A stretch of DNA of 64,000 bases from Eledone cirrhosa. Its lineage: Eukaryota. The notes beneath the pieces are model-generated. The model saw nothing but the letters and a program-made list of their open reading frames with translations, did not search any database and was not told the DNA's origin. The stretch spans positions 240,498,001-240,562,000 of the forward strand of contig OZ024740.1 of the NCBI GenBank assembly GCA_964016885.1. Direction: 5' to 3'. Positions 39,571 through 50,406 of the stretch are shown here, one piece after another (position 1 is the first letter of the stretch; the number at the start of each line of letters is the position of its first letter). A program made the position numbers and the translations under genes.

Positions 39571-40792
39571 CATCAGGGCTCTGTTCTCAGCCTCCTACTA
39601 TTTATTATTGCCCTTCAGGCTATAACAGAGGAGTTCAAGACTGGTTGCCCATGGGAACTCCTATACGCAGATGACCTAACACTCATAGCTGAATCAATGG
39701 CCGAGCTAGAGGAGAAATTCCAAACATGGAAGCACGGTCTAGAATCAAAAGGCCTTAAAATTAACCTGGCTAAGACTAAAGTTCTAGTTTGTAAGAAAGA
39801 AAATAAGGTGGCGTCCCTTCCGGGAAGTGGCCATGCTCAGTGTGTAGGAAAGGCGTAGGTAGAAACTCCATTTTGTGTCCCAAATGCAAAGTATGGGTGC
39901 ATAAAAGATGTAGTGGGATCACAGGTAAGCTAACTAAGAACATAGATTTTACATGTGGCCGGTGCTCTGGTGCAATAAGTAGCAGCAAGTGCCCACAAAA
40001 TACTAGCTCTTTCAACTGCGCAGAGGGTTCTATAGAAATAGTGGACAGCTTCCGTTACCTGGGTGACAAAATCAGCAGTGGGGGAGGGTGCTCTGAAAGT
40101 ACTGTAGCTAGAGTCAGAACTGGATGGAAAAAGTTCAGAGAGCTTATACCACTATTAGCCGCTAAAGGGTTCTCCCTAAAAATGAAAGGCAGGTTGTACG
40201 ATGCCTGCATACGAACAGCAATGTTGCATGGCAGTGAGACCTGGGCATTGTGTGCAGAGGATATACGCAGACTAGAGAGAAACGAAGCTTGCATGCTCTG
40301 CTGGATGTGTAATAGTAATATACGTGAACGGCAAAGCATAAACGAACTAAGGAAAAAATTAGAAATAAGAGGGATCAGATGTTGTTTACTCGAGAGAAGG
40401 CTACGTTGGTATGGTCACGTGATGCGCATGAAAGACGACAGCTGTATAACAAAGTGCAGGGCAATAAAGATAGACGGTAGCCACCACCCCCACCCCATCC
40501 ACACCGCCCCTTTCAATGTAAAGTTATGTTGGTGCCACAACATCCAGGCCGAAACAAATGAGATCGTGTAGGTGTCACGTCAGAAAAACACACAGTTCAC
40601 GCTGTAATGTGGCCGTGTAGGCAACACGGTAAAAACCTCCCAGCCCCACACTGTAAATGTGGTTGGTGTTAGGAAGGGCATCCAGCTGTAGAAAACCCGC
40701 CGGATAGTCCTATGCGAGCAAGATAATCACTCTTGCCTCAAGTGGGAAAACCCCCGTCCAAACCCATGCAAGCGTGGAACACGGACGTTAAA
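39571..40792 (+). mobile_element. 5'-truncated RTE family B copy
   Basis: Closely matches the reverse complement of about 41990-43410; frameshift near 39812 and an internal deletion at about 40480 joining the ORF end to the 3' UTR. Confidence 0.92.
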
Positions 40793-40907
40793 AGAAAAAT
40801 ACATATATATATACATATATATATACATATACACATATATATATACATATATATATACATATACACATATATATATATATACATATACATATACATATAC
40901 ATATATA

Positions 40908-41214
40908 CCATGGGTACAAGCAGAAGCATATAGACAATATGCCCCCACCGCAAGGTGGTCGTGGAGGTGCCACGGCAAAAAAGGACCCAGCCCACACTGT
41001 AAAGTGGACGTGTAGGCGCCACGAAAAAGCACCCAGCACTCACTGTAAATGAGGTTGGTGTTAGGAAGGGCATCCAGCTGTAGAAATCAAGCCAAATCAG
41101 TTCCTGTATGAGCAAGGCATGGTCAGCCGACCAGACACTGCCCACAACAGGACAACCCGTCTAACCCATGCTAGCGTGGAAGAACGGACGTAAAACGGTG
41201 ATGATGATGATGAT
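40908..41214 (+). mobile_element. RTE family A 3' fragment
   Basis: Matches about 49905-50223 with a few substitutions; (GAT)n tail. Confidence 0.92.
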
Positions 41215-41327
41215 ATACATATATATATATACATATATACATATATATATACATATACATATATATATATATAGAGAGAGAGAGATAGATAAATATACAC
41301 GGGTGTGTATGATTGTGTATAGAAGAT

Positions 41328-41688
41328 TATATTAATAAGAGGAATTCCAACTTTGTTTGATTTACTCGTTTTATTTACAATCCTTTAAAATTTATGATGG
41401 TATTATGATGAAATAGTATGATAGAATATTAAATGGTAAGTGTTAATTGAACAAGAACTTTCATGCTTTCGCAATCTTCAGGTTCATATTGTGTGGTGAC
41501 AGTCAAGTTTGCAATTTTCAACTGTTGCAAACTTGACTGTCACCACACATTATGAACCTGAAGATTGCGAAAGCATGAAAGTACTTGTTCAATTAACACT
41601 TAACATTTAATATTCTATCATACTATTTTAAAGGATTGTAAATAAAACGAGTAAATCAGACAAAGTTGGAATTCCTCTTATTAATATA
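41328..41688. repeat. ~165-bp-arm foldback with one hammerhead ribozyme motif per arm (Penelope pLTR-like)
   Basis: Arms 41328-41514 and 41525-41688, 10-nt spacer, a few mismatches and a 23-nt indel. Confidence 0.92.
41553..41591 (+). ncRNA. Minimal type I hammerhead ribozyme motif
   Basis: TGAAC-CTGAAGA-T-TGC/GAAA/GCA-T-GAAA-GTAC-TT-GTTCA: 5-bp stem I, both core boxes, stem II, palindromic mini-stem III. Mirror copy at 41448-41486 on the minus strand. Confidence 0.75.
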
Positions 41689-41789
41689 TATATATATATA
41701 TATATACATACCTGTGATGGTTGGAAGATCACTGATGAAGGACCACTTTATTCATATGTAACCCATTTGCAACCATGCAGCACGTTTAT

Positions 41790-41838
<49 letters not shown>

Positions 41839-41883
41839 CATATATCTATATATACATATACATACATATATCTATATATACAT

Positions 41884-41926
<43 letters not shown>

Positions 41927-41968
41927 CATACATATATATATATATATACATACATACATATATATATA

Positions 41969-44900
41969 CATCATCATCATCATCATCATCAGCGTTTAAC
42001 GTCCGTGTTCCACGCTTGCATGGGTTTGGACGGGGGTAGTCCCACTTGAGGCAAGAGTGATTGTCTTGCTCGCATAGGACTGTCTGGCAGGTTTTCTACA
42101 GTTGGATGCCCTTCCTAACACCAACCACATTTACAGTGTGGGTCTGGGAGGTTTTTACCGTGTTGCCTACACGGCCACATTACAGCGTGGACTGTGTGTT
42201 TTTTTGTCGTGACACCTACACGATCTCATTTGTTTCGGCCTCGATGGCGCGGCACCAACATAACTTTACATAGAACGGGGTGGTGTGGATCGGGTGGGGG
42301 TGGTGGGACGGGGTGTATTTGTTAGAGATGCCTACTGGCTGGAGTAGGTTTTACTATATATTTAGGTAAGGCGGGTCTTCTCTGTTACTGAGTACCGCCA
42401 AAGGTCTCGGTCCAGTGACATTGTCTTGGAGAGGTGTAAGTGTGTGATGTCGGAGTTTATCAGCTCGTCCCAGGTTTTTCTAGGTCTGCCTATTCCGTGA
42501 CTACCGTCTATCTTTATTGCCCTGCACTTTGTTATACAGCTATCGACTTTCATGCGCATCACGTGTCCATACCAACGTAGCCTTCTCTCGAGTAAACAAC
42601 ATCTGATCCCTCTTATCTCTAATTTATTCCTTAGTTCGTTTATGCTTTGCCGTTCACGTATATTACTGTTACACATCCAGCGGAGCATGCAAGCTTCGTT
42701 CCTCTCTAGTCTGCGTATATCCTCTGCACACAATGCCCAGGTCTCACTGCCATGCAGCATTGCTGTTCGTATGCAGGCATCGTACAACCTGCCTTTCATT
42801 TTTAGTGAGAACCCTTTAGCAGCTAATAGTGGTATAAGCTCTCTGAACTTTTTCCAACCAGTTCTGACTCTAGCTACAGTACTTTCAGAGCACCCTCCCC
42901 CACTGCTGATTTTATCGCCCAGGTAACGGAAGCTGTCCACTATTTCTATAGAACCCTCTGCGCAATTGAAAGAGCTAGTAGTTTGTGGGCACTTGCTGCT
43001 ACTTATTGCACCAGAGCACCGGCCACATGTAAAATCTATGTTCTTAGTTAGCCTACCTGTGATCCCACTACATCTTTTATGCACCCATACTTTGCATTTA
43101 GGACATAAAATGGAGTTTCTACCTACGCCTTTCCTACACACCGAGCACGACCATTTCCCAGAAGGGACCGCCGCCTTGTTTTCTTTCCTACAAACTAGTA
43201 CTTTGGTCTTAGCCAGGTTAATTTTAAGTCCTTTTGACTCTAGGCCGTGCTTCCATGTTTGGAATTTCTTCTCTAGCTCGGCCATTGATTCCGCTATGAG
43301 TGTCAGGTCGTCTGCGTATAGGAGTTCCCATGGGCAGCCTGTCTTGAACTCCTCTGTTATGGCCTGAAGGGCAATAATAAATAGTAGTGGACTGAGAACA
43401 GAGCCCTGATGGACGCCGACTTTTACGCTAAACTCTTCACTATATTCGTTGTTAATTCTAACCTTGCTGACTGTTTCTTTATACATGGCTTGTATAGCCC
43501 TCACAAGCCATTCGTCAACGCCTAGTTTTCTAAGAGCCCACCAGATAATGGAGCGGGGGACTCTGTCGAAGGCTTTCTCCAAGTCGACAAAAGCTAAGTA
43601 GAGGGGTTTACCTTTAGCTAGGTACTTCTCTTGTAGTTGTCGTACTATGAAAAGAGCGTCTGTGGTACTTTTGCCTGACACAAACCCGAACTGCATTTCA
43701 TCTAGGTCAATTCTCTCTCTGATTAGTTGCGCTATTACTCTTTCCGTGACCTTCATGACCTGGTCGATTAATTTAATGCCTCTATAGTTACTCCTATCTA
43801 GGGCGTCTCCTTTACCCTTATAACAGTTAACGATGATGCTGCTATGCCAGTCCTTCGGAACAACCCCGTTTTGTACGACTTGGTTAACTATGCGGGTGAC
43901 CATGGTGTGTCCCACCGTGCCAGATGCCTTCAGCATCTCAGCAACTATTTCCGAAGGCCCAGCCGCCTTACCAGTCTTCATATCCTTGATTGCCTTACTT
44001 ATTATACTCCCCTCGACTAACACTGCTGGTCCCTCTATTGGGTCGATATGGGGGAGACTGCCTTTCTCCCAATTATTCTCCTCATTTAGAAGCCTTTCAT
44101 AGTGACACTTCCAAGCTACCTTCTTATCAGCGTCGGTGATGGCAAGTGTGCCATCGTCGTTTAGTACACACTTCTCCCCGACAATATCACGGTTTTCCTT
44201 GACGCATTGCCTAGCAATCCTGAACACCTCACGTTTTTGGTCATCGCGTTGTAGAACATGCTTGAACTTTCTTTCCTCAGCTTCCCTTCTTGCTAAGTAC
44301 ACTTGTCTCCTAGCTTCCCTCCTGGCCACTTGATAGTCCTCTCTACTTCCCCCATCCCGCCATACTTTCCAAGCCTGCTTTTTGGCCTTAATTGACCCCT
44401 CCACCTTACTGTTCCACCACCATGTTACTCTCCTCCTGCCTACAGGCCTGCTCCAGCCACAGACCTCGTCTGTCGCCAACAGCAGGTTTGCTTTCAGAAA
44501 TTCCCACTCTCCCTCTATATTGTCCGACTCTAAATGTTCTTCCTTACTGTCGAAAGCATCAAGTAATATGCTTTGAAATTTATTCCTGGCTGTGGGGTCC
44601 TTTAACTTCCATATTTTCCTCCTGAGGATAGTCCTCTTCTGTTGTCGAGTACGTCTCGTCCTGACTATGAGGTCGCTAATTATCAGTCTATGTTGGGAGG
44701 TGCATTCTTCATGGGGGAGGGATTTAGTGTTAACAACAGACACTCTGTCACGTCTTCTGGTAAGGATATAATCTACCTGGCTTGTGTGTTCCCCGGATCT
44801 ATAGGTGATCAGGTGATTGTCACGTTTTTTGAAGTTAGTGTTACAGATAGTTAGGTTATTTGCATCACAGAATTCCAGGATTCTGGAGCCTTCCTCATTT

Positions 44901-45516
44901 CTAGTACCAAACCCATAGCCTCCATGGATTTCGTCGTAGCCGTCACAATGTTGTCCAACGTGACCATTTAGGTCGCCTGCGATAATTATATAGTCACTGT
45001 CGGATATTTGGGAGGTAGTTAGCATCAGTGTCTCATAGAATCTGTCTTTTATAGTGCCGGGCAGTCCGGATTGGGGTGCGTACGCAGATATTACTGTCAC
45101 CGTAGTTCTATTGAGGACAAGTCGTATTTTAATTATTCTGTCGTTCACTCTATTTACGTCTATTATCTTATCTGCCCACTTTTCTGCTACCATGATTCCT
45201 ACTCCACCCAGCCCATCGTCGTTTCCCACCCAGAAAAGCTTATAACAACGTTTTTTACCCTCAATGAACCTAGCAGACCCACCCCTCCACCTGGTCTCTT
45301 GAATACAACAAACATCGACCTCCTTACGTTCAAGCATTTCTACAACCTCGTTAGCGCGACCCTTTAGGGTGCCTACATTTATGGTACCAACTCTGAAGTT
45401 TTGGATTGCGTTTGGGGGTTGGGGGCGGTGAGGGGCGGGGGGCGATGGGGTTATGTTAGCCGTCCGCGGTCGAAACAATGAGGAGTGCTCGCATTCTCGT
45501 CCAAGGGGTGAATTTG
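41969..45516 (-). mobile_element. RTE-clade LINE family B, near full length with uninterrupted ORF
   Basis: Open frame 42362 to about 45510 with the same APE/RT/PHD motifs as family A but clearly diverged; (GAT)n tail at 41969-41990. The first ~55 aa of the 1104-aa track ORF are microsatellite artefact. Confidence 0.95.
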
Positions 45517-45758
45517 TATGTATATATACGTATGTATATGTATATATATATGTATGTAATACATACATATATATATACATATACATACATACATATATAC
45601 ATATACATACATATATATATACATATACATACATATATATATATACATACATATATATATATATATACATATACATACATATATATATATATATACATAT
45701 ACATACATATATACATATACATACATATATATATATATATATACATATACATACATAT

Positions 45759-46091
45759 ATGGCTTAGTGGTTAGAGCATTGGCCTTGCAATCGAAAGGTT
45801 GTGAGTTCAATTCTCAGACCGGGTGATGTGTTGTTTCCTTGAGCAAGACACTTTATTTCACATTGCTCCAGTTTACTCAGCTGTAGAAATGAGATGATAG
45901 GGACTGGGGTCCCTATTATTCCACTGCAAAGTGGTCGTGGAGGTGCCACGGCAAAAAAAGCACCCAGCACTCACTGTAAATGAGGTTGGTGTTAGGAAGG
46001 GCATCCAGCTGTAGAAATCAAGCCAGAATCAGTTCCCGTCCCACCCTTGCTAGCAGGGAAAAGCGGACGTAAAATGAAATGATGATGATGA
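45759..46091 (+). mobile_element. tRNA-headed SINE family 2 with RTE-derived 3' tail
   Basis: A-box TGGCTTAGTGGTTAGA, B-box GAGTTCAATTCTC, CORE-like CCTTGAGCAAGACACTT, then the RTE-A 3' UTR module and GAT tail. Confidence 0.88.
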
Positions 46092-46502
46092 TATACATAC
46101 ATATATATATACATATACATACATATATATATACATATACATACATATATATATACATATACATACATATATATATATATACATATACATACATATATAT
46201 ATATATACATATACATACATATATATATACATATACATACATATATATATACATATACATACATATACATACATATATACATATACATACATATATACAT
46301 ATACATATATATATATACATATACATATATATATATACATATATACATATACATATATACATATATATACATATATATATACATATATATATACATATAT
46401 ATATATACATATATATATATACATATACATACATATACATATATATACATATACACATATATACATATACATACATATACATACATATACATATATATAT
46501 AC

Positions 46503-46551
<49 letters not shown>

Positions 46552-46582
46552 CATATATACATATATATATATACATATATAC

Positions 46583-46631
<49 letters not shown>

Positions 46632-49600
46632 CCACTGCTGCTGCTGCTACTACCTGCCTAACTAACTCTCTCCTCCTCTGGCGCATCCCAACACACCCTG
46701 CCATTACCCCACCACCACTGTCCTTCTAGCCCTCAATTTTCCCACCGTTATGGATGGATGAGCTGGGAATACACGAGCAACTCTGAATCAATAGATGAAA
46801 TATGAATCTGCGAGCTACCAAGCACCCACGTGAAGCGCCAACCCAGAGACCCTCCCCTACGAGTGTCGACAAATGCCCAAAACTCCGAGTTGGTACCATC
46901 AATGTAGGCTCAATGAAAGGAAGAGCAGGAGAAATCGTAGAAATGCTAGAGCGAAAGGAAGTTGATGTATGCTGTGTGCAAGAGACTAGATGGAGAGGAG
47001 GGTCTGCTAGAGTCCTTGTAGGAAAAAGCCAGTGCTACAAATTTTTCTGGGTGGGAAATGACGATGGGATGGGTGGTGTAGGTATACTATTAGCTGACAA
47101 GTGGGTAGATAAAATAATCTCAGTGTACAGGGTAAATGCAAGAATCATTAAACTCAGACTAGCCCTGAATAAGACAATTACCACAATAATATCAGCTTAC
47201 GCACCCCAATCGGGGCTGCCAGACGAACTTAAGGATAGGTTTTACGAGTCCCTAATACACACTACTGCTCTAACAGACGACAAGGACTTCCTAATCATTG
47301 CAGGAGATTTTAACGGACATGTAGGTAAACACTGCGACGGCTTCAATAGAGTACATGGAGGCCATGGAGTTGGCACAAGGAATGAGGAAGGATTCAGACT
47401 TCTAGAATTCTGCGACGCCAATGACATGTCGATATGTAACACAAACTTTAAAAAACCCGACAACCACCTGATCACCTATAGATCAGGGGAGCACTCTAGT
47501 CAGTTAGATTTTATCCTCATCAGAGGACGTGACAGATGGACGGTCGTAAACACAAAAGCCTTCCCTAGTGAGGAATGTACATCCCAACATAGCTTAGTTG
47601 TCAGCGACCTCACGGTCAGAACTAGACGAGCCCTGAAACAGAGGCCAACCTGGAGAAGAAAGATCTGGAAGCTGAAAGTCCCCTCAACCAGTAACAGATT
47701 TAAAGATATTTTACTCAACGCCTACGACAGTAAAGAAGAACAGATAGAGACATTTAACGTAGAAGAGAACTGGGAGTTCCTAAAAAATAACTTACTAGAG
47801 GCGACGGATGAGGTTTGTGGCTGGAGTAAGACCTCAAGCAGGAGGAGAGTGACTTGGTGGTGGAACAATAAGGTAGATGAAGCAGTCAAGGCCAAGAGAC
47901 AGGCATGGAAAGAATGGAAGAACGGGGGGAGCAGGGTACATTACATAGAGACCAAGAGGGAAGCTAGGCGACAAGTATACTTAGCTAGGAGGGAAGCAGA
48001 GGATAGAAAATTCAAGCATGTTTTACAACGTGAGGACCAGAAACAGGAGGTATTCAAGATTGCGAGGCAGTGTGTCAGAGATAGTTGTGATGTCATTGGA
48101 GAGAAGTGTATCCGGAATGATAAAGGTGAGCTTGCCCTCACAAGTGCTGAGAAGAAAGATGCATGGAAGAGTCATTATGATAGATTACTAAATGAGGAGA
48201 ATGCATGGGAAGAAGAGACCCTACCCCACGTAGACCCTATAGAGGGACCAGCAGTACAAGTCAGCGGCAGCGTAGTAAGTAAGGCAATCAGAGATATGAA
48301 GATAGGGAAGGCAACCGGTCCATTGGGTATAGCTGCCGAGATGCTGAAGGCATCTGGGTCTGTAGGTCACACTATAACCACACGTATTGTTAACCAGGTA
48401 ATACTAGAGGGGGCCATACCAAAAGATTGGTGCAGTAGCATCATTGTCAACTGCTACAAAGGTAAAGGCGATGCACTAGATAGAGGAAACTATAGAGGTA
48501 TAAAGTTGATGGACCAGGTCATGAAAGTAACAGAAAGAGTTATAGCACAGCTGATTAGGGACCGGGTGAATATAGACGAGATGCAATTTGGGTTTGTACC
48601 AGGGAAAGGCACCACTGATGCGCTCTTCCTTGTGAGGCAATTACAGGAAAAGTACCTAGCTAAAAGTAAGCCACTCTACTTGGCATTTGTCGACCTTGAG
48701 AAAGCCTTTGACAGAGTTCCACGTGCAGTAATCTGGTGGGCTCTTAGAAAACTAGGAGTAGATGAATGGCTTGTGAAAGCGGTACAAGCCATGTATAGGG
48801 GAGCAGTCAGCAAAGTTAGGATTGGCAATGAGTATAGCGAGGAATTTAGCGTACAGGTTGGGGTCCACCAGGGCTCTGTTCTTAGCCCTCTCCTGTTCAT
48901 CATAGTCCTGCAGGCAATAACGGAGGAGTTTAAGACCGGATGCCCATGGGAACTCCTGTATGCTGATGACCTCGCACTCATAGCTGAATCTATGGTAGAA
49001 CTAGAGAATAAATTCCAAACCTGGAAGCAGGGACTAGAGAGAAAGGGCCTCAAAGTCAACATGACAAAGACTAAGGTCCTTATAAGTAGACGAGAAAACA
49101 GAACCCAGATCCCCTCAGGGAAATGGCCTTGCTCAGTATGTAGGAAAGGTGTAGGTAGGAACTCCATTCTTTGCCCCAAATGCAAACAATGGGTACACAA
49201 GAGATGTAGCGGGATCTCAGGAAGCTTAATTAAGAATGTAGGATTCACATGCAGCAGCTGTGCTGAAACAGCAAGCAAACAGCCACAGGAAACAAGTACC
49301 ACCAATCTCTGGGAGGGCCCTGTAGAAACAGTAGACAGCTTCTGCTACCTAGGTGACCGAATTAGCAACGGAGGTGGGTGCTCAGAAAGTACAATAACTA
49401 GGGTAAGAACGGGATGGAAGAAGTTTAGGGAACTACTACCACTGCTAGCTGCAAAAGGCTTCTCCCTCAGAATGAAAGGCAGACTGTATGATGCGTGTAT
49501 CCGAACAGCGATGTTGCATGGTAGTGAGACCTGGGCGCTGAAGGTGGAAGACTTACGTAGATTAGAGAGAAACGAAGCCTGCATGCTCCGATGGATGTGT

Positions 49601-50223
49601 AACAGTAATATACGTGAACGACAAAGCATAAATGAATTGAGAGAGAGACTGAGCATAAGAGGAATCAAATGCTGCGTGCAGGAGAGGCGGTTACGCTGGT
49701 ATGGACATGTGATGCGTATGAAGGATGACAGCTGCATAAAAAGGTGCAGAGCACTAGAAGTTGATGGAAACCGCGGAGTGGGGAGACCCAAGATGACTTG
49801 GGATGAGGTGATAAAAGCCGACCTTACCCAACTACACCTCTCAAAGTCAATGACACACGACCGTGACTTCTGGCGTCACGCAGTAATACAGGGTACCCGA
49901 CCTCCCATGGGTACATGCTGAAGCATATAAACAATATGCCCCCCCCCCCACCGCAAGGTGGTCGTGGAGGTGCCACGGCAAAAAAGCACCCAGCCCACAC
50001 TGTAAAGTGGACGTGTAGGCGCCACGAAAAAGCACCCAGCACTCACTGTAAATGAGGTTGGTGTTAGGAAGGGCATCCAGCTGTAGAAATCAAGCCAGAT
50101 CAGTTCCTGTATGAGCAAGGCATGGTCAGCCGACCAGACACTGCCCACAACAGGACAACCCGTCTAACCCATGCTAGCGTGGAAGAACGGACGTAAAACA
50201 GTGATGATGATGATGATGATGAT
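46632..50223 (+). mobile_element. RTE-clade LINE family A, apparently full length
   Basis: Short 5' leader, single intact ORF 46802-49921, 3' UTR with tandem modules, terminal stem-loop and (GAT)n tail; TA microsatellite on both sides. Confidence 0.95.
46802..49921 (+). CDS. RTE-A ORF: APE endonuclease + reverse transcriptase with internal PHD finger
   Basis: APE motifs GTINV, QETRW, SAYAPQ, GDFNGHVG, SQH. RT motifs [34 protein letters not shown]-terminal [14 protein letters not shown] typical of RTE. Confidence 0.95.
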   Translation: MNLRATKHPREAPTQRPSPTSVDKCPKLRVGTINVGSMKGRAGEIVEMLERKEVDVCCVQETRWRGGSARVLVGKSQCYKFFWVGNDDGMGGVGILLADKWVDKIISVYRVNARIIKLRLALNKTITTIISAYAPQSGLPDELKDRFYESLIHTTALTDDKDFLIIAGDFNGHVGKHCDGFNRVHGGHGVGTRNEEGFRLLEFCDANDMSICNTNFKKPDNHLITYRSGEHSSQLDFILIRGRDRWTVVNTKAFPSEECTSQHSLVVSDLTVRTRRALKQRPTWRRKIWKLKVPSTSNRFKDILLNAYDSKEEQIETFNVEENWEFLKNNLLEATDEVCGWSKTSSRRRVTWWWNNKVDEAVKAKRQAWKEWKNGGSRVHYIETKREARRQVYLARREAEDRKFKHVLQREDQKQEVFKIARQCVRDSCDVIGEKCIRNDKGELALTSAEKKDAWKSHYDRLLNEENAWEEETLPHVDPIEGPAVQVSGSVVSKAIRDMKIGKATGPLGIAAEMLKASGSVGHTITTRIVNQVILEGAIPKDWCSSIIVNCYKGKGDALDRGNYRGIKLMDQVMKVTERVIAQLIRDRVNIDEMQFGFVPGKGTTDALFLVRQLQEKYLAKSKPLYLAFVDLEKAFDRVPRAVIWWALRKLGVDEWLVKAVQAMYRGAVSKVRIGNEYSEEFSVQVGVHQGSVLSPLLFIIVLQAITEEFKTGCPWELLYADDLALIAESMVELENKFQTWKQGLERKGLKVNMTKTKVLISRRENRTQIPSGKWPCSVCRKGVGRNSILCPKCKQWVHKRCSGISGSLIKNVGFTCSSCAETASKQPQETSTTNLWEGPVETVDSFCYLGDRISNGGGCSESTITRVRTGWKKFRELLPLLAAKGFSLRMKGRLYDACIRTAMLHGSETWALKVEDLRRLERNEACMLRWMCNSNIRERQSINELRERLSIRGIKCCVQERRLRWYGHVMRMKDDSCIKRCRALEVDGNRGVGRPKMTWDEVIKADLTQLHLSKSMTHDRDFWRHAVIQGTRPPMGTC

Positions 50224-50406
50224 ATACATATATATATATACATATATATATACATATATATATACATATATATATACATATATATATATACATATATATA
50301 TACACATATATATATACACATATATATACACATATATATACATATATATATACATATATATATACATATATATATACATATATATATACATATATATATA
50401 TACATA

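Noticed and set aside
41725-41790. Lone CTGATGA/CTGAAGA cores here and near 6726, 10551 and 19330 (minus)
   Set aside because: No convincing downstream GAAA with stems I and III; at most decayed Penelope remnants.
45759-45830. tRNA genes at the SINE heads
   Set aside because: A and B boxes are present, but there is no complete cloverleaf and the sequence continues into SINE bodies.
42552-49791. Antisense ORFs overlapping the RTE and Dong ORFs
   Set aside because: Shadow frames of coding sequence with no recognisable motifs.
49985-50090. Twister ribozyme in the RTE 3' UTR (CCCAGCCC..TAAAGTGG, AGGAAGGGCATCC)
   Set aside because: Superficial similarity only; the GCCGGTCCC and GGAGGG pseudoknot partners are absent.
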